From contig JBFGQV010000001.1 in assembly GCA_041563955.1 (NCBI GenBank), forward strand, positions 1,508 through 65,507: a stretch of 64,000 nucleotides of DNA, given 5' to 3'. The stretch is from Alphaproteobacteria bacterium. GTDB taxonomy: Bacteria; Pseudomonadota; Alphaproteobacteria; UBA8366; JADFVY01. Position numbers and translations under genes: made by a program. The notes under the pieces were generated by a model. It ran no database searches. It saw nothing but the letters and a program-made list of their open reading frames with translations, and was not told the DNA's origin. Shown here piece after piece: positions 55,533 through 64,000 of this stretch (positions are counted from its first letter, which is position 1; each line of letters opens with the position of its first letter).

Positions 55533-57677
55533 ATGACCGGAAAATCACCGACCGACACGACACCCGAACGGCTGCGAGAGGCTAAAACACTCAGTCTCAG
55601 CCGCACGCTGACGGTGTCTGCCAGCCTGCTGGTCGCCACCCTGGTCGTTGTCGGCATCATCGTCAGCAAGGAGCTGTTTTCCATCCGGGACGGTGCCGAG
55701 CTGACCCGCACAGTGACAATTCCCGAATCCGTCGAGCAGAATCGTCACGCGCTGATCGCCGAGCGGATGGGCCATCACGCCGACCAGGTGCGATATGCCC
55801 CCGAAGGGACCACGCGTATGCGCGCCCTGGAATCGGCGTTGGCGTTGAGCAACGAGCTGGCCGCCGGGCTGCACGACTACCAGCGTGCTTCGGTCCGGCG
55901 CGCGGCGTCGCTGATCCGCGAGGCGGCCGAGGCGGCAGAGGCCGCACAGACCGCCGGTGAACAGATTGCCAGCCTGCTGGTTGAGGCCGACAACCTGATC
56001 TCGGAAATCGACGAGACCGTGTCGGCGATCGTCGAGGACAGCGGATACCGTGCGGCGGAAATCATGGACGAGGCGTCACAGCAGCTGGAGGACGCCGAGG
56101 CGAGCCAGGTGCGCGCCAATATCGGGCGGATATTCGCCGACGTGCAGGACACGATGGAATTCAACACCTCGAGCCGCCAGCTGCTCGACGCATTGCGTGC
56201 GTTGCGCAATGTGCTGATCGAAGCCCGCAATATCGACAGCACGGTGGGCCTGGAGGCCGCAGAGACCCGGTTCAACGCGCTTTATCGCCGGCTGGAGGCG
56301 ATGATCAACAGCCTCCCGCAGGCGGGCGCCGGATCCAGTGACTTCGAGTACCTGCCGGACCAAATTGCCCAGTTCGACAAGTTCCGGTCGGTATTTGTCG
56401 TGCGCAGGGAGGCCATCGAGGCGCGCGGCAGGACCGACGCGAAGGCTGGCGACGCGCTCGCGATACTGACGGAACTGCAGGAGAACCTCTCGGCCGATGC
56501 GGCGGACAAGGCGATTTCCAGCGTCGGCGAAATCACCGCGAACACCGATCGCGTCATCGCCGTCAGCATCGCCATGATGGCGATCTTCGTGATCATCGCC
56601 ATCCTGTCCGGGTCGATCGGCCGCAAACAGGTGCTCAAACCGCTTGTGCTGGCGAGCGGCGCCCTGGACGGGTTGAGTCGCGGGGATCTGGATGTCGACA
56701 TCCCAGAGTCGCGGTTCGAGGAGTTCGCGTCGATCCGCGCATCGCTGCAGAGTTTCCGGGACGCGCTGGCGGACCGGGCGCGTCTCGAGAGCGAGCGTGC
56801 GACGCAGGAGCAGCGGGCCGAGGCGGAGAAGCGTCGGGTGCTGCTGGAGCTTGCGGAAGGGCTGGAGGGCAGTGTGCAGGCGGTGACCGCCGGGCTGTCG
56901 TCGGCGGCGACCGACATGGAGTCGGCGGCGGGACGGATGTCGACAACGGCCTCGCAGACCCGGGACCAGGCGTCGTCGGCGGCGGCGGCATCGACCCAGG
57001 CCAGCAACAGCGTGGAGGAGATGGCGGCGGCGGCGGAAGAGCTGTCGGCGTCGATCGAGGAGATTCTGCGCCAGGTGGGGCGGTCGACACAGATTGCCAA
57101 CCGGGCGGCGGACGAGGCGGGGCGGACCAACAGCACGGTTGCGGGCCTGGTGGACGCGGCGCAGGAGATCGGCGAGGTGGTTGATCTGATCAACGACATC
57201 GCCGGGCAGACGAACCTCCTTGCGCTGAACGCGACGATCGAGGCGGCGCGCGCCGGCGAGGCGGGCAAGGGTTTTGCGGTGGTGGCGCAGGAGGTCAAGA
57301 ACCTGGCCAACCAGACCGCCAAGGCGACCGAGGAGATCGGCCGGCGCATTGCCGCGATGCGCGAGATCACCGACGCGGCGGCGGGGACGATCCGCCAGAT
57401 CGGCGACACCATCGTGGAGATCAACGAGATCTCGACGACGGTGGCGTCGGCGATGGAAGAGCAGGGGGCGGCGACCAAGGAGATCGCGGGCACGGCTCTG
57501 GCGGTGACCGGCAGCGCCCGGTCCTCGACCGAGAGCATCGGGTCGGTGGCCAACGCCGCCGACGACGCCGGCGCCGCAGCCGGCCAGGTGCAGGGCGCGG
57601 CCAAGGCGCTGACCCGGCAGTCGCGCGAGCTTACGGCCGCTGTCGAGAGCTTCCTCGAGCGTATCCGCGCCGCCTGA
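55533..57677 (+). CDS. Methyl-accepting chemotaxis protein, paralog B
   Basis: ATG 55533 (GGAG 9 nt upstream; alternative GTG 55479). TM1 (LTVSASLLVATLVVVGIIV), ~300-aa helical periplasmic region, TM2 (VIAVSIAMMAIFVIIAILSG). HAMP (KPLVLASGALDGLSRGDLDVDIP) and MCP hairpin ([37 protein letters not shown]). Confidence 0.9.
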   Translation: MTGKSPTDTTPERLREAKTLSLSRTLTVSASLLVATLVVVGIIVSKELFSIRDGAELTRTVTIPESVEQNRHALIAERMGHHADQVRYAPEGTTRMRALESALALSNELAAGLHDYQRASVRRAASLIREAAEAAEAAQTAGEQIASLLVEADNLISEIDETVSAIVEDSGYRAAEIMDEASQQLEDAEASQVRANIGRIFADVQDTMEFNTSSRQLLDALRALRNVLIEARNIDSTVGLEAAETRFNALYRRLEAMINSLPQAGAGSSDFEYLPDQIAQFDKFRSVFVVRREAIEARGRTDAKAGDALAILTELQENLSADAADKAISSVGEITANTDRVIAVSIAMMAIFVIIAILSGSIGRKQVLKPLVLASGALDGLSRGDLDVDIPESRFEEFASIRASLQSFRDALADRARLESERATQEQRAEAEKRRVLLELAEGLEGSVQAVTAGLSSAATDMESAAGRMSTTASQTRDQASSAAAASTQASNSVEEMAAAAEELSASIEEILRQVGRSTQIANRAADEAGRTNSTVAGLVDAAQEIGEVVDLINDIAGQTNLLALNATIEAARAGEAGKGFAVVAQEVKNLANQTAKATEEIGRRIAAMREITDAAAGTIRQIGDTIVEINEISTTVASAMEEQGAATKEIAGTALAVTGSARSSTESIGSVANAADDAGAAAGQVQGAAKALTRQSRELTAAVESFLERIRAA
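56637..57677 (+). repeat. 1041-bp HAMP-to-stop segment, near-identical copy 1 (partner 59991..61031)
   Basis: Same length and no indels. About 5-7% mismatches in the stretches I compared by eye (for example 56701-56880 vs 60055-60234). Confidence 0.85.
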
Positions 57678-57798
57678 CATCCCAACAAACGCACGACCGT
57701 GACGGCAAAGGCGATGCCGGCGCTCCCGGCGAGGCCGCCTCTCCGGGCCGGTCTTTCCGGCGGTCGCCGGGCGGCGGCCGGTTCCTGCAATGCCGGGC

Positions 57799-57814
57799 TT
57801 AACAGCCTCTTAAC
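57799..57814. promoter_or_regulatory. Perfect CtrA-type box TTAA-N7-TTAAC upstream of cassette C
   Basis: TTAAcagcctcTTAAC, 204 nt upstream of ATG 58003. It is immediately followed by TTATCCACA (57816..57824), the DnaA-box consensus. Confidence 0.45.
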
Positions 57815-58002
57815 CTTATCCACATAGCATGCTCCCCGGGTAATGCGTGTAAGAGGGGATGATGCGTCGAGCGGCCGCCGTCGCGTTCCCTTGCGCCTGC
57901 GGTCGGCGTGGCGGGATTTCAAACCAATTCGCCGATTGGCTCTGTCCCTTCGTATCGTCCCCGCCCGTACACGGCCCGTGAATCTTTGGGAAAGGGGACG
58001 CC

Positions 58003-58872
58003 ATGTTCGATCATACCCTTTGCAGGCACGTTCTCACGACATCCGTCACCCTGGCGTTGTCCGCCGGGTCGGTGTTTCCTGCCGCGGCGCAGTCCGTGGT
58101 CGAGGCAGTCATGCTTCCGGCGCCGATCCAGGTGGACGGCGACCTCGGCGACTGGGCCGGGACCCCGTCACAGCGCATTGCGCTCACCGGCCGCGGCGGG
58201 GTCGATTTCGTGGAGGTGACGTTCGGAATCCACGACGATACGATCTACCTGCGGGCGGTCTGGGACGACGCGACCGAAAGCCGCTTGCACAAGCCGTATC
58301 GATGGGACGAGCAGACCCTGTCCTATCGCCGCACCCGCCAGCTGGAAGACCGTTTTGCGATTTCATTCGCAATGTCCGGCGAGTTCTCCAACAGCAAGCT
58401 GTCCGGCAATGAATTCACCGCCGACGTCTGGCATTGGAAGGCCTCGCGTTCGGACCCGGCGGGCATCGCTCACGACAAAAGCTGGCGCGTCTCGCGTAGC
58501 GAATTCCCGGGGGCGAAGAAGTTCACCAACCCCGAAGGTCAGGTCATCTACCTGGCCCGGCCGAGCGATGCCGGCGACCGCCTGTACCGGGCGGTCAAGC
58601 ACGAAACCCGGCACGAGGACCTGATGCCGCGCTACGAGGTCAACCTGTCGCCGAAAGGCAGCGTTGCAGACGTCCGCGCGAAGGGGGTCTGGCGCGACGG
58701 GCGCTGGTACCTCGAGATGGCGCGCAAGCTGGATACCGGCCACGAGGATGACGCCGTGATTCCCGCCGTCGGACGAATTCTCTTCGCGATTGCCGGCCAT
58801 AACGACGTCGACAACGAACGACACAGCGTGTCGGAAACGTTCGTCCTGCAGACCGGCGGGTACGGGAACTGA
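58003..58872 (+). CDS. Secreted EB_dh/DOMON-like putative haem-b-binding protein, paralog C
   Basis: AAGGGGA upstream. Signal peptide ...SAGSVFPAAAQ. 289 aa with no indels relative to paralog B (constant offset 3410 nt). A 49-aa block is identical (MSGEFSNSKLSGNEFTADVWHWKASRSDPAGIAHDKSWRVSRSEFPGAK). Confidence 0.85.
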   Translation: MFDHTLCRHVLTTSVTLALSAGSVFPAAAQSVVEAVMLPAPIQVDGDLGDWAGTPSQRIALTGRGGVDFVEVTFGIHDDTIYLRAVWDDATESRLHKPYRWDEQTLSYRRTRQLEDRFAISFAMSGEFSNSKLSGNEFTADVWHWKASRSDPAGIAHDKSWRVSRSEFPGAKKFTNPEGQVIYLARPSDAGDRLYRAVKHETRHEDLMPRYEVNLSPKGSVADVRAKGVWRDGRWYLEMARKLDTGHEDDAVIPAVGRILFAIAGHNDVDNERHSVSETFVLQTGGYGN

Positions 58873-58919
58873 CCCGAGGCGCGACGCGATGGCGGCGGAA
58901 ATGATAGGCGCCCGTCGGC

Positions 58920-61031
58920 GTGTCACGAAAAACCGATATGGGTGACCCATCGGTGCAGTCGCGGGCGCGGCGCGCGAGCCTGCGACGCACGCTCGTCGCG
59001 CTCGCCCTCGCCGTTTTTGCGGTCATGGGCGTCGTCGCCTTCATGATCGGCGCACGGCTCTTCGACATCGAGCAACTGGCGCGGGAGACGCAGACCGCGA
59101 CGATTCCGGATTCGGTCAGGCAGAACCGCCATGCGCTCGAGGCAGAGCAGCTGGCCCGGTACGCGGAACTCGTGCTGCGCGAGATAGATGACTCGGCGCG
59201 GGCCGAGGCCGCAGATGAAGCGCGGCGCCTCGCGGCCGGACTCGCGAATGATGTTGACGGCCCGCTCAGGATATCGGTCAAGGAAGCTGCGCGACTGATC
59301 GCGGAAACCGCGGCGGCCGCCGATGCGGCCAGCAAACGGTCGCAAGCGATCATGGCGCGGCTCGCCGATGCGGACAATATCATCGCGGAGATCGACGACA
59401 ACCTCGCGGTCATCGTCGACGACAGCAGCTACTGGATGCGCGAAACCCTTGGCGAATCCACGAACGGCGGCATCGACGAAAACGTGCGGCGTGAGATCGT
59501 CGACGCCTTGCGGATCAACACGGTCAGCCGCGAGCTTCTCACCAGCCTGCGGTCCGGCCGCGGCATCCTGATCACCGCTGCGACTATTGACAACGAAGCG
59601 GCGCTGGACGCCGCGGCGGAGCGGTTCAAGCTCATGAGCGACCGGCTGGTGATCCTGACGCAGCAACTGCCCCTCGCCGGCCTCGGCGCCAGTGACTACG
59701 AGTTCCTTCCGGACCTGATGGCCAGTTTCGCGGAATATGCGGACATCCTCGACTTGCGCCGCACCGTCATCGTCGAACACCGCCGTGCCGTCGAGGCCAA
59801 GGGGCGGGCGACCGCCGTGCTGGCCGACATTCGCGAGAGTCTGTCCGCCGACGCGGCGGCCAAGGCAAGCAGCAGCATCGGCATGATCGCCGAGGAGGCG
59901 GGCGCGATCATGTTTGTCGGAACCGCCATGCTGCTGTTCCTCGCGTGTCTGATGATGCTCGCCGGGGTGATCGGCCAGCGCGAGGCCGTGAAGCCCCTGG
60001 TCCTGGCGAGCGGCGCTTTGGACGGACTGAGTCGGGGCGATCTGAGTGTCGACATCCCGGAGTCGCGGTTCGAAGAGTTCGCGTCGATCCGGGCATCGCT
60101 GCAGAGTTTCCGGGACGCGCTGGCGGACCGGGCGCGTCTCGAGGGGGAGCGGGCGACACAGGAGCAGCGGGCCGAGGCGGAGAAGCGTCGGGTGCTGCTG
60201 GAGCTTGCGGAAGGGCTGGAGGGCAGCGTCCGGTCAGTGGCGTCGGGTCTGTCGTCGGCGGCGTCGGAGATGGAAGGGGCGGCGGAGCGGATGTCGGCGA
60301 CGGCGGCGCAGACCCGGGGCCAGGCGTCGGCAGCGGCGGCGGCATCGACCCAGGCCAGCAACAGTGTCGAGGAGATGGCGGCGGCGGCAGAGGAGCTGTC
60401 GGCGTCGATCGAGGAGATCCTGGGCCAGGTGGGGCGGTCGACGCAGATCGCCAACCGGGCGGCGGAAGAGGCGGGGCGGACCAACAGCACGGTCGCGGGC
60501 CTGGTGGACGCGGCGCAGGAGATCGGCGAGGTGGTCGAGCTGATTTCGGACATCGCCGGCCAGACCAACCTGCTGGCGCTGAACGCGACCATCGAGGCGG
60601 CGCGCGCCGGCGAGGCCGGCAAAGGCTTCGCGGTGGTTGCCCAGGAGGTCAAGAACCTCGCCAATCAGACGGCGAAGGCGACGGAGCAGATCGGCCGGCG
60701 CATTGCCGCGATGCGGGAGATCACGGACGCGGCGGCGGCGACGATCCGCCAGATCGGCGACACGATCGTCGAGATCAACGAGATTTCCACGACGGTGGCG
60801 TCGGCGATGGAGGAGCAGGGGGCGGCGACCAAGGAGATCGCCGGCACGGCGATGGCGGTGACCGGCAGCGCGCAGTCGGCGGCCGAGAGCATCGAGCTGG
60901 TGGCGAGCGCTGCCGACGACGCCGGCGCCGCGGCCGGCCAGGTGCAGGGCGCGGCCGAGGGGCTGACCCGGCAGTCGCTTGAGCTCAGGCAGGCGATCGA
61001 ACGCTTCCTCGAACGCATCCGCGCCGCCTGA
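58920..61031 (+). CDS. Methyl-accepting chemotaxis protein, paralog C
   Basis: GTG 58920 (alternative ATG 58938). Same TM1 / helical periplasmic domain / TM2 / HAMP / signalling layout as paralog B. The sensor region is divergent and the C-terminal 347 aa are nearly identical. Confidence 0.9.
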   Translation: MSRKTDMGDPSVQSRARRASLRRTLVALALAVFAVMGVVAFMIGARLFDIEQLARETQTATIPDSVRQNRHALEAEQLARYAELVLREIDDSARAEAADEARRLAAGLANDVDGPLRISVKEAARLIAETAAAADAASKRSQAIMARLADADNIIAEIDDNLAVIVDDSSYWMRETLGESTNGGIDENVRREIVDALRINTVSRELLTSLRSGRGILITAATIDNEAALDAAAERFKLMSDRLVILTQQLPLAGLGASDYEFLPDLMASFAEYADILDLRRTVIVEHRRAVEAKGRATAVLADIRESLSADAAAKASSSIGMIAEEAGAIMFVGTAMLLFLACLMMLAGVIGQREAVKPLVLASGALDGLSRGDLSVDIPESRFEEFASIRASLQSFRDALADRARLEGERATQEQRAEAEKRRVLLELAEGLEGSVRSVASGLSSAASEMEGAAERMSATAAQTRGQASAAAAASTQASNSVEEMAAAAEELSASIEEILGQVGRSTQIANRAAEEAGRTNSTVAGLVDAAQEIGEVVELISDIAGQTNLLALNATIEAARAGEAGKGFAVVAQEVKNLANQTAKATEQIGRRIAAMREITDAAAATIRQIGDTIVEINEISTTVASAMEEQGAATKEIAGTAMAVTGSAQSAAESIELVASAADDAGAAAGQVQGAAEGLTRQSLELRQAIERFLERIRAA
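59991..61031 (+). repeat. 1041-bp HAMP-to-stop segment, near-identical copy 2 (partner 56637..57677)
   Basis: See partner entry. Both end ...FLERIRAA-TGA. Confidence 0.85.
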
Positions 61032-61114
61032 TTACCCGCGATTCTGCAAGTCCGTGACCGACCGGGCCGGGCTGTGATATGACCGGCATCGGCTCGGATG
61101 CGGGAGGCGGGCGC

Positions 61115-63439
61115 ATGGCGACGGAATCACGGACACCGTTCAGGGGATCGGCGACCCATTGGGGCGCCTTCTCGCCTGAGGTGCGGGACAACCGGGTGGT
61201 CGGCGTGCGGCCGTTCGCCGGCGATGCCGACCCGTCGCCCATCCTGCGCTCGATACCGGACGCCCTGTACGATGCGAGCCGCATCGACCGGCCCTATGTG
61301 CGTGCGGGGTATCTCAAGAACGGCCCCGCCGGCGATCGGGACGGGCGTGGCGCGGAGCCATTCGTGCCGGTCGACTGGGAGGCCGCCCTCGATCTCGTGG
61401 CGGCGGAGGTGGCGCGGGTCCGCGACAGCCATGGCAACGCGGCCATCTTCGGCGGCTCCTATGGCTGGGCCAGTGCCGGCCGGCTGCATCACGCGCGCAC
61501 CCTGCTGCACCGCTTCCTCAACTGCGCCGGCGGCTTCACCGGGCAGGTGACGAATTATTCTTACGCCGCGGGCATGATCGTGATGCCGCACGTGGTCGGC
61601 ACGGTGCAGCCGGTCAGCGGGCCGGGCACCAGCTGGCCGAGCATCGTAGAGGCGACGCGCCTGATGGTCATGTTCGGCGGCGTGCCGCTGAAGAATACCC
61701 AGGTCGAATCCGGCGGCACGGGCGAACACACGGCGGCGGGCTGGCTGCGGCGCGCCCGCGAGGCCGGGGTCCGGTTCGTCTCGATCAGCCCGCTGCGCAG
61801 CGATGCGGCGGCGTTCCTGGACGCCGAATGGCTGGCGCCGCGGCCGGGGAGCGATACTGCAATCATGCTGGGCCTTGCCCATACGCTGGTCGCCGAGGGG
61901 CTGCCCGACGCGGCGTTCCTTAAGGGGTACACAACCGGATTCGACAGGTTCCGGGCGTATCTTCTGGGCGAAGCCGACGGCCAGCCCAAGGATGCGGAGT
62001 GGGGCGCCCGGCTGTCCGGCCTGGCGGCCGATGCGATCCGCGACCTTGCCCGGCGTATGGCCGCGACCCGCACCTTCATCACCTCGAGCTGGTCGTTGCA
62101 GCGCGCCGATCACGGCGAGCAGTCGTACTGGATGACCGTGGTGCTGGGCGCGCTGCTCGGCCAGATCGGCTTGCCGGGCGGCGGCTTCGGCTTCGGCTAC
62201 GGCGCGGTCAACGGCATGGGCAACCCGCGCCGCAACGCGCCGGTGCCCCGCATGCCGGCGGGGCCCAAGCCGGCCGGCATCGACATTCCGGTGGCGCGCA
62301 TCGCCGACATGCTGCTGCAGCCGGGCGCGACCATCGACTTCAACGGGCGGCGGGTCACCTATCCCGACATCCGGCTGGTCTACTGGGCCGGCGGCAATCC
62401 GTTCCACCACCACCAGGACCTCAACCGCCTGGTCGCGGCCTGGCGGCGGCCGGAGACGATCGTCGTGCACGAACCCTGGTGGACGGCGACGGCGCGCCAC
62501 GCCGATATCGTGCTGCCGGCGACCACGCCGCTGGAGCGCAACGACATCGCCGCCTCCTCGCTCGACCGCTTCGTGATCGCCATGCGTCGCGCCATCGACC
62601 CGGTCGCGGGGGCGCGCGACGATTTCCGCATCTTCGCAGATCTCGCGCAGCGCCTCGGGTTCGGCGCCGCATTCACCGAGGGGCGCGACGAAATGGGCTG
62701 GCTGCGGCACATCTACGACGTGGCGCGGCAACAGGCGGCCCATTTCGAACTCGACATGCCCGACTTCGACGCGTTCTGGGAGATCGGGTGGCATGAGTTC
62801 CCCGCCCCGGACCGTCCCTACGTGCTATTCGAGAAGTTCCGCCACGACCCGGCCGAGTCGCCGCTGCGGACGCCGTCCGGGCGCATCGAAATCTTCTCCC
62901 GGGCGATCGACTCGTTCGGCTACGACGACTGCCCGGGCCACCCGGTATGGCGCGCACCGGCGGAGTGGCTGGGCGCCGTCACGGCGCGGGACTATCCGCT
63001 GCACCTGATCTCCAACCAGCCAACAACGCGGCTGCACGGGCAGATGGACAACGGCCGCGTCAGCAGGGAGCAGAAGGTCTGCGGCCGCGAGCCGGTGTGG
63101 ATTCATCCCGACGACGCCGCCGCGCGGGGCATCGCGAACGGCGACGTCGTTCGCCTGTTCAATGAGCGGGGCGCTTGTCTCGCCGGCGCGAAAATCAGCG
63201 ATTCGGTCCGCCCGCGAGTCGTCGCCATTGCGACGGGCGCCTGGTACGACCCCGTCGAGCCCGGCCGCATCGGCACGCTCGACCGGCACGGCAATCCCAA
63301 CGTCCTGACGCGGGACGCCGGCACGTCGCGCCTGGCCCAGGGTCCGGTGGCCGGCAGCGCGCTCGTCGAGATCGAGCGCTGGGACGGCGCGGTGCCGGAC
63401 ATCACCGTCGGCGATGCGCCTGCGATAACGGATGCGTGA
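61115..63439 (+). CDS. bisC: Molybdopterin oxidoreductase, BisC/TorZ-type (biotin / methionine-S-sulfoxide reductase family), cytoplasmic
   Basis: ATG 61115 after GGGAGG. HWGAF, IFGGSYGWASAGRLHHARTLLHRF, VYWAGGNPFHHHQDLNRL, ADIVLPATTPLERNDI and SGRIEIFS parallel E. coli BisC along the whole length as I recall it. No twin-arginine signal. Confidence 0.9.
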   Translation: MATESRTPFRGSATHWGAFSPEVRDNRVVGVRPFAGDADPSPILRSIPDALYDASRIDRPYVRAGYLKNGPAGDRDGRGAEPFVPVDWEAALDLVAAEVARVRDSHGNAAIFGGSYGWASAGRLHHARTLLHRFLNCAGGFTGQVTNYSYAAGMIVMPHVVGTVQPVSGPGTSWPSIVEATRLMVMFGGVPLKNTQVESGGTGEHTAAGWLRRAREAGVRFVSISPLRSDAAAFLDAEWLAPRPGSDTAIMLGLAHTLVAEGLPDAAFLKGYTTGFDRFRAYLLGEADGQPKDAEWGARLSGLAADAIRDLARRMAATRTFITSSWSLQRADHGEQSYWMTVVLGALLGQIGLPGGGFGFGYGAVNGMGNPRRNAPVPRMPAGPKPAGIDIPVARIADMLLQPGATIDFNGRRVTYPDIRLVYWAGGNPFHHHQDLNRLVAAWRRPETIVVHEPWWTATARHADIVLPATTPLERNDIAASSLDRFVIAMRRAIDPVAGARDDFRIFADLAQRLGFGAAFTEGRDEMGWLRHIYDVARQQAAHFELDMPDFDAFWEIGWHEFPAPDRPYVLFEKFRHDPAESPLRTPSGRIEIFSRAIDSFGYDDCPGHPVWRAPAEWLGAVTARDYPLHLISNQPTTRLHGQMDNGRVSREQKVCGREPVWIHPDDAAARGIANGDVVRLFNERGACLAGAKISDSVRPRVVAIATGAWYDPVEPGRIGTLDRHGNPNVLTRDAGTSRLAQGPVAGSALVEIERWDGAVPDITVGDAPAITDA

Positions 63440-63492
63440 GGACACGCAGGCGTGAGTTGCCCGTGAAGGGCGCCGCGGGCGACACTGCTGCC

Positions 63493-64000
<508 letters not shown>

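Noticed and set aside
57799-57824. Chromosomal replication origin (CtrA box + DnaA box)
   Set aside because: There is only one DnaA box and one CtrA box here. No AT-rich unwinding element lies next to them, and there are no hemE/dnaA/parAB-type flanking genes. They sit in a promoter spacer of a duplicated accessory cassette.
56076-57922. Two long minus-strand ORFs (534 and 546 aa) over MCP B, and similar ones over MCP C (59696..60664)
   Set aside because: Antisense shadows of the chemoreceptor genes. Ala/Ser/Arg-rich translations mirror the Ala-rich MCP heptads.
61127-62794. 555-aa minus-strand ORF
   Set aside because: Antisense to the BisC-type molybdoenzyme, which is supported along its entire length.
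54593-63439. EB_dh proteins as gamma subunits of a type II DMSO-reductase-family enzyme encoded by the downstream molybdoenzyme gene
   Set aside because: The molybdoenzyme is the BisC/TorZ cytoplasmic type without a Tat signal. There is no Fe-S beta subunit or chaperone gene, and each EB_dh gene is followed by an MCP instead.

Overview
GC-rich chromosomal segment (hand-sampled stretches 65-73% G+C) with alphaproteobacterial hallmarks: a COQ9-like gene divergent from rpsU, DUF1244 and DUF2312 genes, a Cys-less YkgO-type L36, glcDEF and purEK. I call about 55 protein genes, mostly housekeeping or metabolic. I found no rRNA, tRNA, CRISPR array, transposase or integrase. Many long ORFs in the track are antisense or out-of-frame shadows typical of high-GC DNA, and several true genes start well inside the listed ORFs. 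Three genes are absent from the track: a partial chemoreceptor at the left edge, the 41-aa L36 gene, and a partial DUF3179 gene at the right edge. The main finding is a two-gene cassette present three times: twice in tandem at 54.6-61.0 kb on the + strand and once inverted at 1-2.6 kb. Each copy encodes a Sec-secreted ~290-aa EB_dh/DOMON-like protein (the haem-b-binding fold of ethylbenzene dehydrogenase gamma subunits) followed directly by a transmembrane methyl-accepting chemotaxis protein with a long helical periplasmic domain. In the tandem pair the signalling modules are nearly identical at DNA level, while the sensor domains have diverged strongly. Each cassette also has a CtrA-type TTAA-N7-TTAA(C)-like box about 200-240 nt upstream; one is a perfect match. 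I read this as a candidate periplasmic haem/redox co-receptor plus chemoreceptor system, which I do not recognise as described. Other items worth a second look: a cytoplasmic chemoreceptor with a CdaR-type diacid-recognition sensor; a lower-GC tryptophanase plus methyltransferase pair; a membrane protein plus vWA-like lipoprotein operon behind a ~22% G+C promoter island; and a yeiH-like operon with a ~560-700 nt leader and a hidden small ORF. All homology calls come from motif recognition by eye. No searches or computations were run.
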